63,171 nt of DNA from Bacteroidota bacterium (GTDB lineage: Bacteria > Bacteroidota > Bacteroidia > Cytophagales > Spirosomataceae), in NCBI GenBank assembly GCA_040385875.1, contig JAZKGO010000001.1, positions 1-63,171 on the forward strand, given 5' to 3'. Shown piece by piece: positions 29,089 to 38,616 of the stretch (positions within the stretch are counted from its first letter, which is position 1; each line of letters begins with the position of its first letter). The position numbers and the translations under genes were made by a program. A model generated the notes under the pieces. The model worked only from the letters and a program-made list of their open reading frames with translations, had not been told where the DNA came from and did not search any database.

Positions 29089-29652
29089 TTACTGTGCTTT
29101 AAACTCACCAGAAGCTCTCAATTCAACTTCTTCGCTTACCACACCTGAAGGCATACCACCAACACCGAAGTCTGTTCTTTTAATTGTACCTGAGGCTTTA
29201 AATCCTGCGATTTTCTTGCCATCACGACCAACAGCGGTACCGCCTAAACTAAGATCTAAAACGATTGGTTTTGTAACTCCTTTAATTGTTAAGTCGCCAC
29301 CTAATTTGAATTTTTTAGGGCCTACACTTGTAATAGAAGTACTTTTGAAAGTAAGAGTTGGAAACTTCTCTGTATCAAACATGTCTGCTTTTTGCAAGTG
29401 ACCATCACGCATTTCTTGATTGGTAGTCACTGTTTTCATATCTGCAGTTAATTCAAAAACTGCGTCAGAGAAATCTTCTTTAGAAGAAGTAAGTGTGGCA
29501 TCATAACTTTTAATTGTACCATCCACTTCAGATATCAACAAGTGAGTTACAGTAAAGTTTACTTTTGAGTGTGCTTTATCAACTGACCATTTTTGTGCAA
29601 ATGTGCTTGCCGAAACTAAAATTGCAATTACTAATAGATTTAATTTTTTCAT
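29089..29652 (-). CDS. YceI family periplasmic (polyisoprenoid-binding-like) protein
   Basis: 187-aa ORF with a signal peptide, W.VD..HS.V.F.V.H......G.F and the C-terminal beta-barrel pattern. Confidence 0.85.
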   Translation of the reverse strand: MKKLNLLVIAILVSASTFAQKWSVDKAHSKVNFTVTHLLISEVDGTIKSYDATLTSSKEDFSDAVFELTADMKTVTTNQEMRDGHLQKADMFDTEKFPTLTFKSTSITSVGPKKFKLGGDLTIKGVTKPIVLDLSLGGTAVGRDGKKIAGFKASGTIKRTDFGVGGMPSGVVSEEVELRASGEFKAQ

Positions 29653-29662
29653 TGTTTTGAAT

Positions 29663-29722
29663 ATTTAAGTTTGGGGTTTTAAAAGTTGAATTTGCAAAAA
29701 GATTCTATTCCCAAACTTAAAT
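29663..29722 (-). promoter_or_regulatory. 13-bp perfect inverted repeat in the yceI leader
   Basis: atttaagtttggg (29663-29675) and cccaaacttaaat (29710-29722) with a 34-nt spacer. On the mRNA strand the stem ends 10 nt before the ATG. Confidence 0.4.
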
Positions 29723-29854
29723 AAAACCCTTTTGTTTTTTTATACTAAAAATTTAATTTTCTCAATATTTAAATGTAGAAACATGCATTTATTATATTGG
29801 GTTCAAATTTCGTAATTAATTTTTTAATTGAAATTAAATTCCAATTAAAATCTA

Positions 29855-29888
29855 CCAATTGACTAGGGTTTATATCCTAGTCAATTGG
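29855..29888 (-). terminator. Intrinsic terminator of the OMP gene
   Basis: ccaattgactagg-gtttatat-cctagtcaattgg, a 13-bp perfect stem 8 nt after the stop, followed by a T-rich tract. Confidence 0.7.
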
Positions 29889-29895
29889 ACTTTTA

Positions 29896-32469
29896 TTAAT
29901 TATCATCGCCACCGGCTTTGGTATCGTCATTTCTCACTTTAGATTTCTTTTCTTCTACCAATCTCATATTACCTATTTTAAAGCTAAAAGTAAGTTTGAT
30001 GTTTTGATTGTAGATGTAATCAGTACTAGTTTGTTTCAATATTGGTGTATCTAAAAACGACTTTCTTACCATTCCGCCGAAGAAGTTTTCTGTGGCTAAA
30101 CCAAAGCTTCCTTTTTTATTATTAAAGTCTTTTCTTACTCCAATAGAATACATTCCAGAGTTACGATTTGAGCCTTGAAGCTGGACATTATTACCACGGT
30201 ATCCACCAAAGGCTTGAATGCCCCATCCATTATTTAATTGTATAGAGGATTGAATACGACCGCCATAGACAATTCCATCGTTGCTTACTTTTTCACTTGT
30301 GCCACCTATGCCAGATTGAAATCCATCCAAATAGTTGTAATAAATATCAAGCCCTCCATTCATTGTCCACTTTGGGGTCAAGAAAAAGTTGCCGTTCAAG
30401 TTAATACCTGTAGTTTGCTCTTTCCCAATATTTTGGAAAGTAGTAATAATGGCGCCTATCAAAGTATCAGAAGGGGTGCTAATTCTTGTGATCGAGTTAT
30501 TTGTTTGACGATTAAACAAAGCCACCGTTAAATACGATTTTTTGATTCCCCCACTCAAACTTAATTCAAAATTATTAGATATTTCTGGCTTCAAATTTGG
30601 GTTACCAATTGTAATACTTTGTGGATTAGCTGTATTATAGTTTGGATTAAGCTGCTGTAAACCAGGGCGTTGAATACGATTGTTATAGGCTAGTTTCAAA
30701 GTTCCCTTTTTCAATTTTTTAGAGATATTTATGCTAGGAACAAAGTTAGAGTAAGGACTAATTACGATTTCTTTGCTTTCATTGTTAGCATCAATAGTGG
30801 TACTTTCATATCGTGATCCTACCTTAAATGTGATTTTATTTTTGGTTGTTAAGGTATAAGATAAATAACCTGCTGATATATTTTGAGAATAATTCAGTAA
30901 TCCGGCTGGATTTCTAGAGTCTAAAGTGAACACTCCAGAAGGGCCCGCAATTTGGTATTCAAAATCGCTATCTACCTGACGACGAACTGTTTTAACACCC
31001 AATTCAAATTGTTGATTTTGTCCAATTGGAGTTACATAATCCGTTTGCAAAGTAAGTTCTCTATTATAGCTATCATTTAGGTTTTTTTGGCTACTTAAAA
31101 TATCAAACGAACCATTCATAATATCTGAATCAAAATCGTTCACTAGTTTGTTTTGGCTAATTTGAGCCGAAACCGACCATTCTTGACCCGGTTTGAAGGT
31201 ACGAATATAGTCCAAGTTAAAATCAACAGAATTTCCAGAGTTAGTCGAGACAACATCTCTTAATGTAGTGCTTTTTAAAACAGAGCCAGAATAAATATCA
31301 GATTGTAAATTCTGATCACGCTTAAACGATCTGGTACCAAAGGCAACCGAACCTGTGATAGACTGATTTTTTGTAAAATCATAATCAAAGCCCACATTGT
31401 ATCTTCCAAAAAGGCCATCATCATCTGAATCAGAATTTTGTTTAGTGATTGATTCTACTCCATTTCTGGTTGTTGTTTGCTCCATTACTCCTTCTGACTT
31501 ATTGTAGAAAGCTCTTCCAAAACCTCCAAGCGTAATTCCCAATTTCTTTTTACGGATATTCCCATTCAATCCTAAGTTTGAGCCTCTCAATCCAACTCCA
31601 GCATCCACATTCAAATTAATACCTTGAAGGTTTGATTTTTTTGTAATGATATTGATGATACCGCCAGTTCCTTCCGCATCATATTTGGCTGATGGTGAAG
31701 TAATTACCTCTACTGATTTAATCAAATCTGCTGGAATCATTTTCAAGGCATCGGCAATACTTGAGGCAACTATAGTAGAAGGCTTGTTGTTAATCAATAC
31801 TCTAATATTTGATGTACCACGTAATGTTACGTTTCCATCAAAATCAACTGAAAGCATAGGCACTTTTCTCAATACATCCGAAGCATCTCCTCCACGAGCT
31901 GTCAAATCCTTTTCAGCATTATATACCAATCTATCTACTCTTTCTTCAATTAAAGACTTTTCGGCTGTAACGGTTACTTCATCCAATTGACGAACGGATT
32001 CTTTCATCTTGATTACTCCTAAATCCACATCCTTTCCTTTTTCAACTGTAATAGAATCAATCGTTTTATTTTCAAATCCAATAAAAGAAATCATCAAATA
32101 ATATTTCCCTGGGGCCACTTTATTCATGGAAAATTTACCTTTTTCATCTGCCATGGTGCCATCTGCTGGTTTCTTAGTAGCAGAATTATAAAGAGCGACG
32201 CTGGCATATTCAACCGCTTTTGAAACTGATTCGTTGATAATATAACCAGTTACTTTTGAATTACCTTTTGGTACATTTCCATCCAAATTTAATTCAGCAT
32301 TTGGGGTGGTAGCATTTGTTTTAGGTCTGCCGTTTTCGCTTCCGCCACGGTTACCCTGCCAACCTCCTGGGCCACCCGGTCCACCGCCTCCTGGGCCAAA
32401 CTGAGCTACCAATCCAAAATTTACCATTATAAGTAAAATACTAATTGATGTTTTTAATTTCTTTTCCAT
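29896..32469 (-). CDS. Outer-membrane beta-barrel protein of TonB-dependent-receptor type (CarboxypepD_reg + Plug + OMP_b-brl_3-like barrel)
   Basis: 857-aa ORF with a signal peptide. It has a Gly/Pro-rich segment, a carboxypeptidase-regulatory-like domain (V.G.I......A.EYASV.L) and a plug (VEVITSPSAKYDAEGTGGIINIITKK), then a long amphipathic barrel. A charged tail follows the last strand. Confidence 0.8.
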   Translation of the reverse strand: MEKKLKTSISILLIMVNFGLVAQFGPGGGGPGGPGGWQGNRGGSENGRPKTNATTPNAELNLDGNVPKGNSKVTGYIINESVSKAVEYASVALYNSATKKPADGTMADEKGKFSMNKVAPGKYYLMISFIGFENKTIDSITVEKGKDVDLGVIKMKESVRQLDEVTVTAEKSLIEERVDRLVYNAEKDLTARGGDASDVLRKVPMLSVDFDGNVTLRGTSNIRVLINNKPSTIVASSIADALKMIPADLIKSVEVITSPSAKYDAEGTGGIINIITKKSNLQGINLNVDAGVGLRGSNLGLNGNIRKKKLGITLGGFGRAFYNKSEGVMEQTTTRNGVESITKQNSDSDDDGLFGRYNVGFDYDFTKNQSITGSVAFGTRSFKRDQNLQSDIYSGSVLKSTTLRDVVSTNSGNSVDFNLDYIRTFKPGQEWSVSAQISQNKLVNDFDSDIMNGSFDILSSQKNLNDSYNRELTLQTDYVTPIGQNQQFELGVKTVRRQVDSDFEYQIAGPSGVFTLDSRNPAGLLNYSQNISAGYLSYTLTTKNKITFKVGSRYESTTIDANNESKEIVISPYSNFVPSINISKKLKKGTLKLAYNNRIQRPGLQQLNPNYNTANPQSITIGNPNLKPEISNNFELSLSGGIKKSYLTVALFNRQTNNSITRISTPSDTLIGAIITTFQNIGKEQTTGINLNGNFFLTPKWTMNGGLDIYYNYLDGFQSGIGGTSEKVSNDGIVYGGRIQSSIQLNNGWGIQAFGGYRGNNVQLQGSNRNSGMYSIGVRKDFNNKKGSFGLATENFFGGMVRKSFLDTPILKQTSTDYIYNQNIKLTFSFKIGNMRLVEEKKSKVRNDDTKAGGDDN

Positions 32470-32843
32470 GTCTTTACTTTTATTTGTTATTTATTTCTCT
32501 TAACTAAATCTAGATTCATTGGTTTGGTTTCTTTATTGCTTTTGATAATTGTTGTAGGTTAAGCCGTCAAACTAGAGACATTACAAATAATTAACGTTGC
32601 AAAACAAATACATTTTTTTCATACCATTATTCTTAATTATACTGTTTCAACCTATTAGTCGACCAATCTTTGATTTTGCTAAAATGAATCATTTGTAGAA
32701 AAAATTTAGTCAATTATCGAAGAGAAATGGCATATGGTCTATTTAAGACTTATATGGGTATCCACACATTACCAAAATTGTAATTATGTTGCTATAAATG
32801 AGGAACTTTGCCCATTATTTTAAGTAGTTAACTGATTTTTAAC

Positions 32844-33884
32844 ATGCAAGTATACTTTCAGCGTAATAGAATATTGGTAATGCACCTCTCTTTTTGGTTG
32901 CTTTATTTTTCTTTTTTCTTTTACCAGATTACATTTAACCGTCGCATTGAAGAGCCTGACTACGCTCGTTCATTTTATGATGCTACCGCTCAGGTATTTA
33001 TTATGGCTGTATTGAGTTATCTGAATTATTTTTTCTGGATGCCTCGGTTCCTCAAACACAAAATTTTGGGCCGATATCTTCTCGAATTTTTCGTGCCTTT
33101 TTTTATTATTATTTATCTACATGTTTTATTGAAACAGTATATATATTTTGAAATAAATGAGAAATATAATAGCTTTTTGCACTCTTATAAATTTTTCACC
33201 ACGCATAGCATTATTGCTCTTTTTATTGTGGCTTTTGTGAGTATGCTCAAATTTGTGGAAGATTGGTTTGAATTGGAAGCCAAAAAGAAAGAAATTGAGA
33301 ATGAAAAATTGATTGCCGAATTACGCTTTTTGAAAGCACAGGTAAATCCACATTTCTTGTTTAACACCCTCAATAATTTATATTATTTGGCCACTGTTAA
33401 TTCTCCAAAAACTCCGGAAGTAATTGATAAATTATCACAAATGATGCGTTACATGTTATACGACAGTAATCATAATAAAATTGCCATTAGCAAAGAAATC
33501 GATTATATGAAAAACTATATTGATTTAGAAAAATTGCGACTTGAAAATAAAATACCAATTGTTTTTGATATTAATGGAGAGTTGGCTGGAAGACAAATTG
33601 TACCTTTAATATTGATTACCTTTTTGGAAAATGCCTTTAAACATGGGGTAAGTAATACGTCCAAAGATGCTTTTGTAAATATTTCGATTGATATTAAAGA
33701 TACTAATTTCATTTATATTGTGGAAAATAAAAAGATTACCTCCAAGAATGAAATTGAAAAATCTGGCATTGGCCTGCATAATGTAAGACGAAGATTGGAA
33801 TTGAGCTATCCAGAAAAATATAATTTGGATATTCAAGAAGATGAATTAACTTATAAAGTAACATTATACTTAAATTTAGGTTAA
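32844..33884 (+). CDS. LytS/YehU-type sensor histidine kinase
   Basis: 346-aa ORF with an N-terminal multi-TM region, a coiled coil and the His_kinase block LKAQVNPHFLFNTLNN. The ATPase region includes GIGL.NV..RL. Confidence 0.8.
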   Translation: MQVYFQRNRILVMHLSFWLLYFSFFFYQITFNRRIEEPDYARSFYDATAQVFIMAVLSYLNYFFWMPRFLKHKILGRYLLEFFVPFFIIIYLHVLLKQYIYFEINEKYNSFLHSYKFFTTHSIIALFIVAFVSMLKFVEDWFELEAKKKEIENEKLIAELRFLKAQVNPHFLFNTLNNLYYLATVNSPKTPEVIDKLSQMMRYMLYDSNHNKIAISKEIDYMKNYIDLEKLRLENKIPIVFDINGELAGRQIVPLILITFLENAFKHGVSNTSKDAFVNISIDIKDTNFIYIVENKKITSKNEIEKSGIGLHNVRRRLELSYPEKYNLDIQEDELTYKVTLYLNLG

Positions 33885-33902
33885 AATTAATAAAGTGATC
33901 CC

Positions 33903-34649
33903 ATGAAGCTAAGCTGTGTAATACTGGAAGACGAACCTTTGGCAAGAAGCTTAATGGAAAATTATGTTGCAAAAGTCCCTCATTTACAATTAGTTAACTC
34001 CTTTTCTGATGCAATCTCAGCCCTTGATTTTTTGAGAGAAAACAAAGTGGATATTCTATTTTCGGATATACAAATGCCAGAAATTACAGGTATTGCTCTT
34101 CTGAAACTTTTAAAAAATAAACCTTTAGTAATTCTGACCACTGCCTATTCTGAATATGCCTTGGAGGGATACGAATTAGAAGTTTTTGATTATTTACTCA
34201 AACCAATCAGTTTTGAGCGCTTTTTGAAAGCGGTAGAGAAAGCAACTTCACGCTTAAATGCCAATACGATTATAAGCAAAGAAACAGAACCGCAACATCT
34301 ACCCTTTGTGAGTGATTCAAATAAAGACTTTATTTTTATCAAAGACGGCACAAAAATGGTGAAACTAAGGCTCAATGAAATAAAATATATTGAGGGCCTT
34401 AAAGATTATGTGAGTATCTACACCACCGAAAAGAAGATCGTTTCTTTACAAACTCTAAAATCGCTGGAAACACAACTTCCTCAAAATCAATTTATTAGAG
34501 TCCACAACTCCTATATTATCTCTTTGGATGCGATCGATGTGGTGGATAAGGAAAAGGTTTTAATTGGTAAAAGCTATATTCCCATCAGTGATACTTACAA
34601 AAAGGCATTTCGTGAATATTTAGATAAAAATCAGTTGGGCTCCAACTAA
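33903..34649 (+). CDS. LytTR-family response regulator
   Basis: 248-aa ORF. The receiver domain has ILEDE...D..MPE.TG. The C-terminal LytTR block is I.YIE...DYV.IYT.......L..LE..LP...F.R.H.S. Confidence 0.88.
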   Translation: MKLSCVILEDEPLARSLMENYVAKVPHLQLVNSFSDAISALDFLRENKVDILFSDIQMPEITGIALLKLLKNKPLVILTTAYSEYALEGYELEVFDYLLKPISFERFLKAVEKATSRLNANTIISKETEPQHLPFVSDSNKDFIFIKDGTKMVKLRLNEIKYIEGLKDYVSIYTTEKKIVSLQTLKSLETQLPQNQFIRVHNSYIISLDAIDVVDKEKVLIGKSYIPISDTYKKAFREYLDKNQLGSN

Positions 34650-34672
34650 GGGTTCTTTCTTTCATCAAAAGC

Positions 34673-35743
34673 TTAGCCCCATGCTTTCCTCAAAAATTTA
34701 AGCCAGTTTCCGTGCATCACCTTTTCAATAGCTGATGTTGAATAACCTCGTCTAGTCAAAATCGTGGGTATTTTTTGTAAATCGGCAATGGTATCAATGT
34801 CATAAGGGCCTTGCTCCTTGCCGAAGCCACCATCCAAATCTGTTCCTATTGCGATATGATTACAGTTGCCTGCAAGCTGGCAAATATGGTCAAAATGATC
34901 GACCAAAACTTCCAAATTACAATTCATGGCTTCGGGTGTTGAAACCCCTCTTTGCCAGTTGGGCACCATCATCCAGGCATCCAGAGCTCCACCAATTACA
35001 GCTCCTCGGTTGATTAGCTCTTTGATTTGTTCATCCGAAAACTGTCTATTATGGTTTACTAAACTTCTACAAAGATTATGACTTGCCCAAATATTACCAT
35101 TAAAATGGTCTAAAGCCTCCCAAAAGCTATCATCACAAAGATGGGTCGCATCCAATATGATATTGAATCTCTCCATTTCTTTTAATAGCTCCTGCCCTTT
35201 GATACCCATAAAACCCGTAGCATTGGTCCCTTTCGCATACCTCCCAGGCCCATAATGGGCAGGGCCAATGGCTCTCAATCCATAATTAAAGGCTTTTTCA
35301 ACATACGAAACATCAATCAATGAATCGGCTCCTTCAAGGCTTAAAATATAGCCAATTGGCTTATTATCTGAGGATTGTCCATCATTCCAAAAAGCTAAAT
35401 GTGCCTCAAGTTCTTTTAAATTGGTGATTTGCTTCATTTCTCCTGCCGCTTCCATCGCTTGGTACCAAGCCAATTGCCCTTGGGTTTGTGCCCAGGCCTG
35501 CTCTGGCGATTGCCAGCCAGGGATGAGGCTTCCCTTTTCAACAAATCTGGCAATTTGAGTGGCCACCACTATGCCAATATTTCCCTTTTTTAGCTCTGCA
35601 AAATTTACAGTGGATAAACCTCGATCTGGCTTATCGGTTTGGCCTTTTTCACGCTCACGAATTTCTGAAATAGGCAATCGCAAATCACGATTCCATTCCA
35701 TGGCATTCATACTTAGGTCCAGATGAGCATCAAAAATGAACAT
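34673..35743 (-). CDS. M19 family (renal-type) dipeptidase, cytoplasmic
   Basis: 356-aa ORF with N-terminal FDAHLDL, metal-ligand blocks (LSLEGAD, HL.D, GTDLDGG) and no signal peptide. Confidence 0.8.
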   Translation of the reverse strand: MFIFDAHLDLSMNAMEWNRDLRLPISEIREREKGQTDKPDRGLSTVNFAELKKGNIGIVVATQIARFVEKGSLIPGWQSPEQAWAQTQGQLAWYQAMEAAGEMKQITNLKELEAHLAFWNDGQSSDNKPIGYILSLEGADSLIDVSYVEKAFNYGLRAIGPAHYGPGRYAKGTNATGFMGIKGQELLKEMERFNIILDATHLCDDSFWEALDHFNGNIWASHNLCRSLVNHNRQFSDEQIKELINRGAVIGGALDAWMMVPNWQRGVSTPEAMNCNLEVLVDHFDHICQLAGNCNHIAIGTDLDGGFGKEQGPYDIDTIADLQKIPTILTRRGYSTSAIEKVMHGNWLKFLRKAWG

Positions 35744-35759
35744 AATCTTCTTCTTTTTT

Positions 35760-36863
35760 TTAAATATTTATTACTCTATCTCTGGCTAAAACTTTCCATT
35801 CTGATCCTGTTAATTGCTCATTCTCAACCACATACATTCGTTCGTGCAAGGCAACAGTTGGGCAAATATGAATGGGCATTCCCAACAAAACATCCCCGAC
35901 TTTATAAGAATGGCCTTCTGGGGCCTCCAAAACCAAATGCTCCTCACTCTGGCCGATGAATTTCAATTCTGGGGCATTAATGAAATGAACTCTTCTGGCC
36001 AATTCATTTTCGGCGGCTACTGATTTATGCCCTAAATCAGTACAAATTTTAGTGGAATTGGGTAATGAAATAATTCTTGTAATGAGTAGCGCTGCTGGAG
36101 TAAAATCTTGCTCTGGACAAATTTCTCGATACCCTTTGTCCCAAAAAACAAAAGTACCCGGGCTGCATTCCACCTTTTGTCTTTTGGCATGTATGGGGTA
36201 GGTGGGTGAACCGCCAATGATAATTTTCAATTTCGAAAAACCCTTTTCGGCAAGTTCTGTTTCTAGATTTTCAATTTGTAAAAACGATTGATCACATGAT
36301 TTTTTCCGCTCTGATAAATCCCTTTCTCTGATATTGCCATCGTAACAATGAAGGCCTAATAATTTTAGATTTGAAAGGGATTGAATTGCCTCAGATAAAT
36401 CAACAGCCTTTTCAGGCACAATTCCAGTACGGTTCATTCCCGTATTAAGGTCAATAAATACTTCAAAAATTAGACCCTTTTTTTTCCCAATTTTTGATAA
36501 ATCATTGGCAACGGCCTCATTATCAATCAAACATGAATATTTTGTTTGGGGGTATTTCTCAATCAGATTGGCCAATCTTTCTGTTTTTTTGCCAATGGGC
36601 TGGTAGGCCAAAAGCACATCCTGCGCTTTGCAGATTCCTAATAACTCAGCTTCAGCAATAGTGGCACATTTGTATTTTTGTATCCCCAATTCTTGGCAAA
36701 GTTGGATTACTTCTATAGTTTTATGGGTTTTGATATGCGGCCTAAACCTAGATACTTCTCCCACCATTTCTAGCGCAGTTTTGATATTTCTCTTCACCAA
36801 ATCAGGAAAAACAACCAATGCAGGCGAATCAAGTTCGTTGATATTGATGATGTTATATGGCAT
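35760..36863 (-). CDS. D-TA family PLP enzyme (D-threonine aldolase / DSD1-type D-serine dehydratase-like)
   Basis: The ATG at 36863 gives MPYNI.... The alanine-racemase-N fold has the PLP-lysine block FRPHIKTHKT. The C-terminal D-Ser-dehydratase-like block is P.HICPTVALH. Confidence 0.75.
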   Translation of the reverse strand: MPYNIININELDSPALVVFPDLVKRNIKTALEMVGEVSRFRPHIKTHKTIEVIQLCQELGIQKYKCATIAEAELLGICKAQDVLLAYQPIGKKTERLANLIEKYPQTKYSCLIDNEAVANDLSKIGKKKGLIFEVFIDLNTGMNRTGIVPEKAVDLSEAIQSLSNLKLLGLHCYDGNIRERDLSERKKSCDQSFLQIENLETELAEKGFSKLKIIIGGSPTYPIHAKRQKVECSPGTFVFWDKGYREICPEQDFTPAALLITRIISLPNSTKICTDLGHKSVAAENELARRVHFINAPELKFIGQSEEHLVLEAPEGHSYKVGDVLLGMPIHICPTVALHERMYVVENEQLTGSEWKVLARDRVINI

Positions 36864-36905
36864 TGATCTTTTCTGATTTTTCAAATCCTATTTTTCAACT
36901 CAAAT

Positions 36906-37370
36906 TTATTCTAACTCAAAAACAGCCTCAATTTCCACTGGAATGTTACCGGGAAGGCTACCCATACCTACCGCACTTCTTACCCCAACTCCATTTTCTG
37001 TCCCCCAAATATTAGCAAAAAGTTCACTGCAACCATTGATCACAAATGGATGGTTTTCGAAATCGGCGGTACAATTGACCATCCCCAACACTTTGATTAC
37101 TCGTTTGATTTTGTTGAAACTGCCCAGATTTGTTTTTAAAGTAGACAGTATCGTCAAACCTACTTGCTGAGCAGCCAATTTCCCTTTTTCTTGATCCATG
37201 TCTATTCCTATTCTTCCTTTTATCAAAGACTTATCGTCTAAAACTGGCCCGTGACCAGACACATAAACGAAGTTCCCTACAATCAAAATGGGTTTGTAAA
37301 CACCCATAGGTGCTGGTGCGGGCGGGAGATTAAGGCCAAGGTTGGCAAAGTTTTGTTCTGGTGTTTGCAT
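36906..37370 (-). CDS. RidA/YjgF-family reactive-intermediate deaminase
   Basis: The ATG at 37370 gives MQTPEQNF.... It shows YjgF/chorismate-mutase-like fold blocks (YVSGHGP, ...R.AVG...LP....VEIE..FEL). The ORF opens at a TTG at 37409. Confidence 0.75.
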   Translation of the reverse strand: MQTPEQNFANLGLNLPPAPAPMGVYKPILIVGNFVYVSGHGPVLDDKSLIKGRIGIDMDQEKGKLAAQQVGLTILSTLKTNLGSFNKIKRVIKVLGMVNCTADFENHPFVINGCSELFANIWGTENGVGVRSAVGMGSLPGNIPVEIEAVFELE

Positions 37371-37428
37371 TATTACTGGTGACAAAAGCGCTTCAAGTTT
37401 CGCTAACAAAAAAATGTAAAATGATATT

Positions 37429-38589
37429 TTAATCCCTCACGGAAAACTTATAAACCGTTGAGGTTGAATAGGTTTCGCCCGGTCTTAACACAGTAGAAGG
37501 AAATTGTGGCTTATTGGGTGAATCAGGATAATGTTGTGTTTCCAAACAAAAACCGGATCTTTTTTGGTATTTAACAGTGCCCCCTCTGCCCACAGCCTTT
37601 CCGTTCAGATGATTCCCCGTATAAAACTGTACCCCTGGTTCGGTGGTGTACATTTCCATTACCCTACCACTTTTAGCTTCAAAAACAGTCGCTCCAAGTT
37701 TTAAAGTTTTAGAGCTATCCGCAAATACCCAACAATGATCATAACCTCCCCCATATTTCATTTGAACATTAGTGGTATCGTCAATTCTAGCTCCAATTTT
37801 TGCGGGCTTCAAAAAGTCAAATGGTGTTCCAGCAACTGGCATTAATTCACCTGTGGGTATCAAAGTTTTATCCACTGGGGTAATTTTATCCGCATACAAG
37901 GTGAGCTCATGATCTAGAATGGTGTTGCTACCATTGGCTCCTTCCAAGTTAAAATAGGCATGGTTGGTCAGGTTTACCACGGTTGGCTTATCGGTAGTCG
38001 CTTTATAATCAATCCTCAGAGCATTGTCTTTTTGCAAAGTGTACACAACCTCAACGGCTAAATTGCCGGGATAGCCCTCCTCCATATCAGGAGAGGTATA
38101 GCTAAGTTTTAAAACTGGCTCCTCTCCATCCACTATAGCAGCTGCCCAAAGTTTTTTATCAAAACCTTTCTTACCACCGTGCAATGAATTAGGGCCATTA
38201 TTTTTGAAAAGTGAGTAGGTCTTACCTTCTAATTTGAATTCTCCATTGCCAATTCTGTTGCCATATCTACCCACAATAGGCCCAAAAAAAGGAGTACCTT
38301 TTATATATTGCTCTAGGGAGTCGCAGCTTAACGTTACATTGGTATAATCCCCTTTTTTATCAGGCACATTAATACTCAAAATATGACCTCCAAAATTGGT
38401 GATCTCAACCTTCATTCCGGCAGCATTTGTGAGGGTATACACCATCGCTGAGGTAGAATCGTTGAGCATTCCAAACTGTTTCATTTCAATATTAGTCATA
38501 GAATTATCTTCTTTTTCTTCAGATTTTTGACTATTACAACCAGCAATTAATAAGGAAAATACGGCAAATAGTACGAGTGCGTTTTTCAT
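37429..38589 (-). CDS. galM: Aldose 1-epimerase (mutarotase), second lipoprotein-type paralogue
   Basis: 386 aa with signal ...LIAGC. It is colinear with the 19713-20873 product and shares the blocks GRYGNRI, LHGGKKGFDK, VEVVYTLQKDN, NLTNH.YFNL and CLETQHYP.SPN. Confidence 0.9.
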   Translation of the reverse strand: MKNALVLFAVFSLLIAGCNSQKSEEKEDNSMTNIEMKQFGMLNDSTSAMVYTLTNAAGMKVEITNFGGHILSINVPDKKGDYTNVTLSCDSLEQYIKGTPFFGPIVGRYGNRIGNGEFKLEGKTYSLFKNNGPNSLHGGKKGFDKKLWAAAIVDGEEPVLKLSYTSPDMEEGYPGNLAVEVVYTLQKDNALRIDYKATTDKPTVVNLTNHAYFNLEGANGSNTILDHELTLYADKITPVDKTLIPTGELMPVAGTPFDFLKPAKIGARIDDTTNVQMKYGGGYDHCWVFADSSKTLKLGATVFEAKSGRVMEMYTTEPGVQFYTGNHLNGKAVGRGGTVKYQKRSGFCLETQHYPDSPNKPQFPSTVLRPGETYSTSTVYKFSVRD

Positions 38590-38616
38590 TGATTTTAAAA
38601 GATTTAGAATTTGATT

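Noticed and set aside
29896-32469. TonB-dependent-type OMP as the missing SusC of the arabinan locus.
   Set aside because: It lies 9 kb away behind unrelated genes and has no adjacent SusD-like lipoprotein. It also lacks the SusC-type N-terminal extension pattern, so it is more likely a separate OMP_b-brl_3-type receptor.
32470-32843. Riboswitch or sRNA in the 374-bp divergent gap upstream of the OMP gene.
   Set aside because: The gap is very AT-rich. By eye I saw no conserved riboswitch cores (cobalamin, TPP, SAM and similar) and no convincing stems. It most simply holds two divergent promoters.
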